DNA of 64,000 nt from Sporopachydermia quercuum (Eukaryota). The stretch lies in NCBI GenBank assembly GCA_001599295.1, contig BCGN01000009.1, forward strand, positions 558,001-622,000, written 5' to 3'. Every line of letters starts with the position of its first letter. Position 1 is the first letter of the stretch. Both the position numbers and the translations under genes were made by a program. Shown here one piece after another: positions 60,376 to 64,000 of this stretch. The notes under the pieces were generated by a model. That model had not been told where the DNA came from. It saw only the letters and a program-made list of their open reading frames with translations, and did no database searches.

Positions 60376-61674
60376 TCATATCCTATTTCCTCCATTATCT
60401 TCAGTTCCTTCAGTTCCTTCAACTTCATTACTATAATCGTAGAAACTCATTCGATCNCGAACCAACTCTAGCTTAGCTAACACCATTTGACTAACTAAAG
60501 CATTCGTTGGACAATACACTCCATACATTTTCCCCAGTCTAACCAAGTACCCATTTATATAATTGATCTCAATATCATCAGCTCCATTATTTACATCTTG
60601 TCTCATTGACGATGAGTTCTCGCTAGTTAGCTCTATAACTTTTATTACAACATCATATAGTCGTTTAGGATCACAGTATCCGTGAGTTAATAATGTAGAT
60701 GGTATTATTGGTGCATGATGTATGACGGATTTCGTATTATTTGATCTATCGAAAACTGTCTCTACTCCAGNTTTAGAAGCAGCTTCAAAGACTTTCACTG
60801 CTTCTTTGATGATATTTTTAGCTATAAAGTGGAATTGAGAGGATTTTAGTAGTTCACCATTATAACAATCAAGGATACTTGTGAGAGGATTAACGCAAGC
60901 GTTGACTACTAATTTTTCCACTAGAGCAAACAGCAATTTATTGAAATCTGTTTCGACCACATTTAGCATTGGGCATTTTTCAAGCAGAGAAATGAGTGTT
61001 GTTGATGCTGATGATGAGGGAGTTTCTGATGTTGATTCTGGTGCTGATTCTGACGTCGAGTCCATTGATGATTCGATAGGTTTACTATTACTACTATCAT
61101 CCTTGACAGCCCTGCTGTCAAAATATCCATCAGGGACCTTCGAAAGGGAAATACTACCATTTCCAACATGATTAAAGTGAAATGGCGAGTCTGAATAAAC
61201 ACCATGCGTGGTAGTTGCCAATATCATCGCTGGTCTCTGATCATCGACAGCGCCTGTTTTATCTCTCCAGTATTTATCTACCACTTCATCAATAACTCCC
61301 ATGCCATTCTGAAGAAACATAACTGTTGACGTCTTCTGTAGTAAAGGCACATAATTTCTTAATGCAGCCACNGTATGTTGAGCTTTGGTTGTTACTATTA
61401 GATAATCTATTGGTGTGGATGAATTGAGGTTGAATTGAGAAGCACTTGCTGCTGAAATGGCTACAGATGGTTTTACGTGGTTTCCCGGAAACATGTTGCC
61501 CTTTCGATTAACGGTAATTTGTCCACCTTGTGCTAAGTACCGCTTGACTTTTTCCTGGTTTCTGAGTAATAAAACAACATTTGGTGACGATGGAGATAGA
61601 TTTACCAATGAATGAGCTAGAAGGCCACCAATGTTCCCTGCTCCAAGGATATGGATTTTAGGAGCCAGCGACAT
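60376..61674 (-). CDS. Ketopantoate reductase (ApbA/PanE)-family protein, Pan5/Cbs2-like, 432 aa
   Basis: IHILGAGNIG, VTTKA, FLQNGMG, EKLVVNACVNPLT, NSSSMRQD, EINYING. ATG at 61674. Confidence 0.85.
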   Translation of the reverse strand: MSLAPKIHILGAGNIGGLLAHSLVNLSPSSPNVVLLLRNQEKVKRYLAQGGQITVNRKGNMFPGNHVKPSVAISAASASQFNLNSSTPIDYLIVTTKAQHXVAALRNYVPLLQKTSTVMFLQNGMGVIDEVVDKYWRDKTGAVDDQRPAMILATTTHGVYSDSPFHFNHVGNGSISLSKVPDGYFDSRAVKDDSSNSKPIESSMDSTSESAPESTSETPSSSASTTLISLLEKCPMLNVVETDFNKLLFALVEKLVVNACVNPLTSILDCYNGELLKSSQFHFIAKNIIKEAVKVFEAASKXGVETVFDRSNNTKSVIHHAPIIPSTLLTHGYCDPKRLYDVVIKVIELTSENSSSMRQDVNNGADDIEINYINGYLVRLGKMYGVYCPTNALVSQMVLAKLELVXDRMSFYDYSNEVEGTEGTEDNGGNRI

Positions 61675-62581
61675 AATGAGAAAACAGATAAAATCTATAG
61701 GTAGTTCACAGTGGTTGGAATATGAATTTTTGGTTTCTGATAGTTCGAGATGCAGGTAAATTATCAGTCTAAAAGGATTTATAGTATGAATGATAGGAGC
61801 GATAGATGAATGATCGAAATGTTTCACTTCTGGAGNAAGATTAGGTTTGATCTTAATGCATCCTCATGTAGGTTAATGTCATAGAATCACGTGAGAAGAA
61901 CTTGTTACACTGACGTATTCTGTTGGAGGGTATGAAGGTTGATATTGATTAGAAACAAAAGGATATATCTTCCACAAGTCATATAGATAGCTGACATTTC
62001 CTTCCCTATTTTTTCGTACTATCAATGTATGTCATATAAACATGTCTACTATCTTTACACCCCCNAAACCTCCATCGTTCATCATAATATATACATTTGG
62101 AACCTTAATTTGCGTTTCTTGATCGTTTGGTCGTCCTATTTCTGATCGCGTAATCCTCCTTTTACTTTCGGATCATTTCGGATCCGAACTTCTTCCAGAA
62201 TCGGTTCGATTATCGGGTCATTATTAGGATTACCATCTGAGTCTTCAATTTATTCCTTTCTCAATTAACTGATGAATTATTATTAGTAGTATATGATAAT
62301 TGCTGCCGGAAAGATTGTAACATTATCAGCAAAGACGTTTGATCCACTGTTATTCTTGCTGATTAACTTTTATTGAGCTTACGTTAATGATTATGCTGAA
62401 TTGCAGTTATACCATCTATCGATCAATAGCTTCNTTCAGATCACATTGCCTACATTGATATTACAGTAAACAGTTGAAGTGCTATCAGCAGGACCAAATA
62501 AATTAATCGTTCTATCCAGCAAAAACTCTGTTTCTTATTGCTCGGTGATTTTAGTTCAGTACTGCTAAACAAATTGTCATA

Positions 62582-63737
62582 ATGGCTATACAGTTTATTC
62601 TTGTTCAGAATCGTCAAGGCAAAACAAGACTAGCAAAATGGTACACTGCTTACAGTGTAAGTAATTCTAATTATCTATTTTTTTTCTTCAATTGTTGATA
62701 GTTAAAGACCTTACAGATTAGATAAAATCTTTGATGGATCCTTTAAATAGGATGCTTATTGATGTCTTGATTGATTATGATAGCAATTGATATGATCAAT
62801 CATTCAATATTGATAGATTCTCAAGAGGAAGTTGGCAATAGGAGTTGAGACGAATGATGATACAATTATCTGATAATGGCAACAGACGATAGAAATATAG
62901 GATGTGAACCAAGCAGGACTTGAGCAAAACAGGACCAAACTACTTTCAGTATTTTATTGTTATTCATTTCAATTTCATAAAACAGATCAACGCTCGATTC
63001 AGCTTGACATCCTTTAGCCTGTCTTTTTTTATCTTTCAATTCATCTTACATTTCCAAGTTTACAATTTACAATTTCATGTACTAATATCTGCATTCATAG
63101 GATGAAGAAAAATTCAAACTGAAGAACGACGTTTTCAAGATCATTGCTACAAGAGATCAAAAGAATCAAAGCAATTTCGTTGAAGTAAGTATTGAGTTAG
63201 TTGTTGATCGATTGATTGGTGTATTCATTTATAGATGATACTATTTCAGAGTACGAATTAAGACTATGAGATGCTGCGAAGTGTAAAATATGATGAACAG
63301 TTGGTATGAATAGTAGAATGTTTTGATGTTTTTATTTATATGCTATCAGATTAATGTTCATTGTTAATCCGATCTACAGTTACTCTGTCTTTACATACAT
63401 GTAGTCATGTTTCCAGTTCTCCTATAATCATCTTCTATTATCNATACTAACAACTCGCTAGTTTCGATCAAATAAAATAGTCTATCGGCGTTATGCAGGA
63501 TTGTTCTTCTGTGCCTGTATTGAAACAATTGATAATGAATTAAGTCATTTGGAAGCACTGCATCTTTTCGTTGAAACATTGGATACATTTTTTGGAAATG
63601 TATGTGAGTTAGATATCGTATTCAATTTTTATAAAGTATATGCTTTACTAGATGAGATGTATTTGGCTGGTGAGATTGAAGAAACTGCTAAGAAGGTATT
63701 GTTGCAAAGAATTGAAGCTATTGATGAAATGGAATAA
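62582..63737 (+). CDS. APS2: AP-2 adaptor sigma subunit, 3 exons, 144 aa
   Basis: Exons 62582-62656, 63101-63184, 63462-63737 give MAIQFILVQNRQGKTRLAKWY...RDQKNQSNFVE|FRSNKIVYRRYAGLFF...FGNVCELDIVFNFYKVY...LAGEIEET. Confidence 0.92.
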
Positions 63738-64000
63738 ATCGTAATTACTTGCTTCGTCGCTTTGTAATTTGATGATCTGACGATTATATGTGACTCAAGG
63801 AGTTGATTCTGAGGTTAGTATGAGACAGTTGGGTTGGTACTATCGCCCTGTAATGTAAGAATATTGCATTATGGTACTGTTATGAAGGAATTGCGAGCAT
63901 ATACCTATGTTTAACTACTTGGAGATTAATTATAACCGCTATTGGTAGTATTGTCATATAATGCAATCGATCATGCGACATTTTAGTTATTCTCATTCTG

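Noticed and set aside
1..64000. CUG-Ser/Ala code, CRISPR arrays, rRNA, intact transposon
   Set aside because: CTG sits at conserved Leu positions; no repeat-spacer array, rRNA, or TIR/LTR-bounded element was seen.

Overview
AT-rich, intron-containing eukaryotic DNA from a budding yeast (Saccharomycotina). CTG reads as Leu at invariant Leu positions. The intron density (GTAAGT/GTATGT...TACTAAC...YAG) argues against Saccharomycetaceae. About 23 protein genes: LST8, SIS1, CBF5, STP22 (6 exons), VMA9 (5 exons, absent from the ORF track), LDB16-like, SAT4/HAL4, ECM1 (3 exons), PUB1, a pogo/CENP-B-derived gene, CNE1, DOT5 (2 exons), OAZ1, ASH1, SPE1, LOT5, CNA1, TSR2, ECM30, RKM2, a ketopantoate-reductase/CBS2-like gene, APS2 (3 exons) and a probable truncated gene end at the left edge. 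One intron-containing tRNA-Leu(CAG) is also present. Highlights: (1) antizyme OAZ1 is split by a canonical +1 frameshift (UCC-UGA) and lies about 6 kb from its target, ornithine decarboxylase SPE1; (2) an intact but catalytically degenerate pogo/CENP-B-like gene with a long insertion inside its HTH, a candidate domesticated transposase; (3) a two-hairpin H/ACA-like element in a probable 5'-UTR intron of CBF5; (4) recurrent skipping of AGs close to the branch point; (5) a calcineurin A with altered drug-contact and autoinhibitory residues; (6) several neighbourhoods matching S. cerevisiae gene order. All calls come from by-eye motif recognition and recalled gene order; no searches were run.
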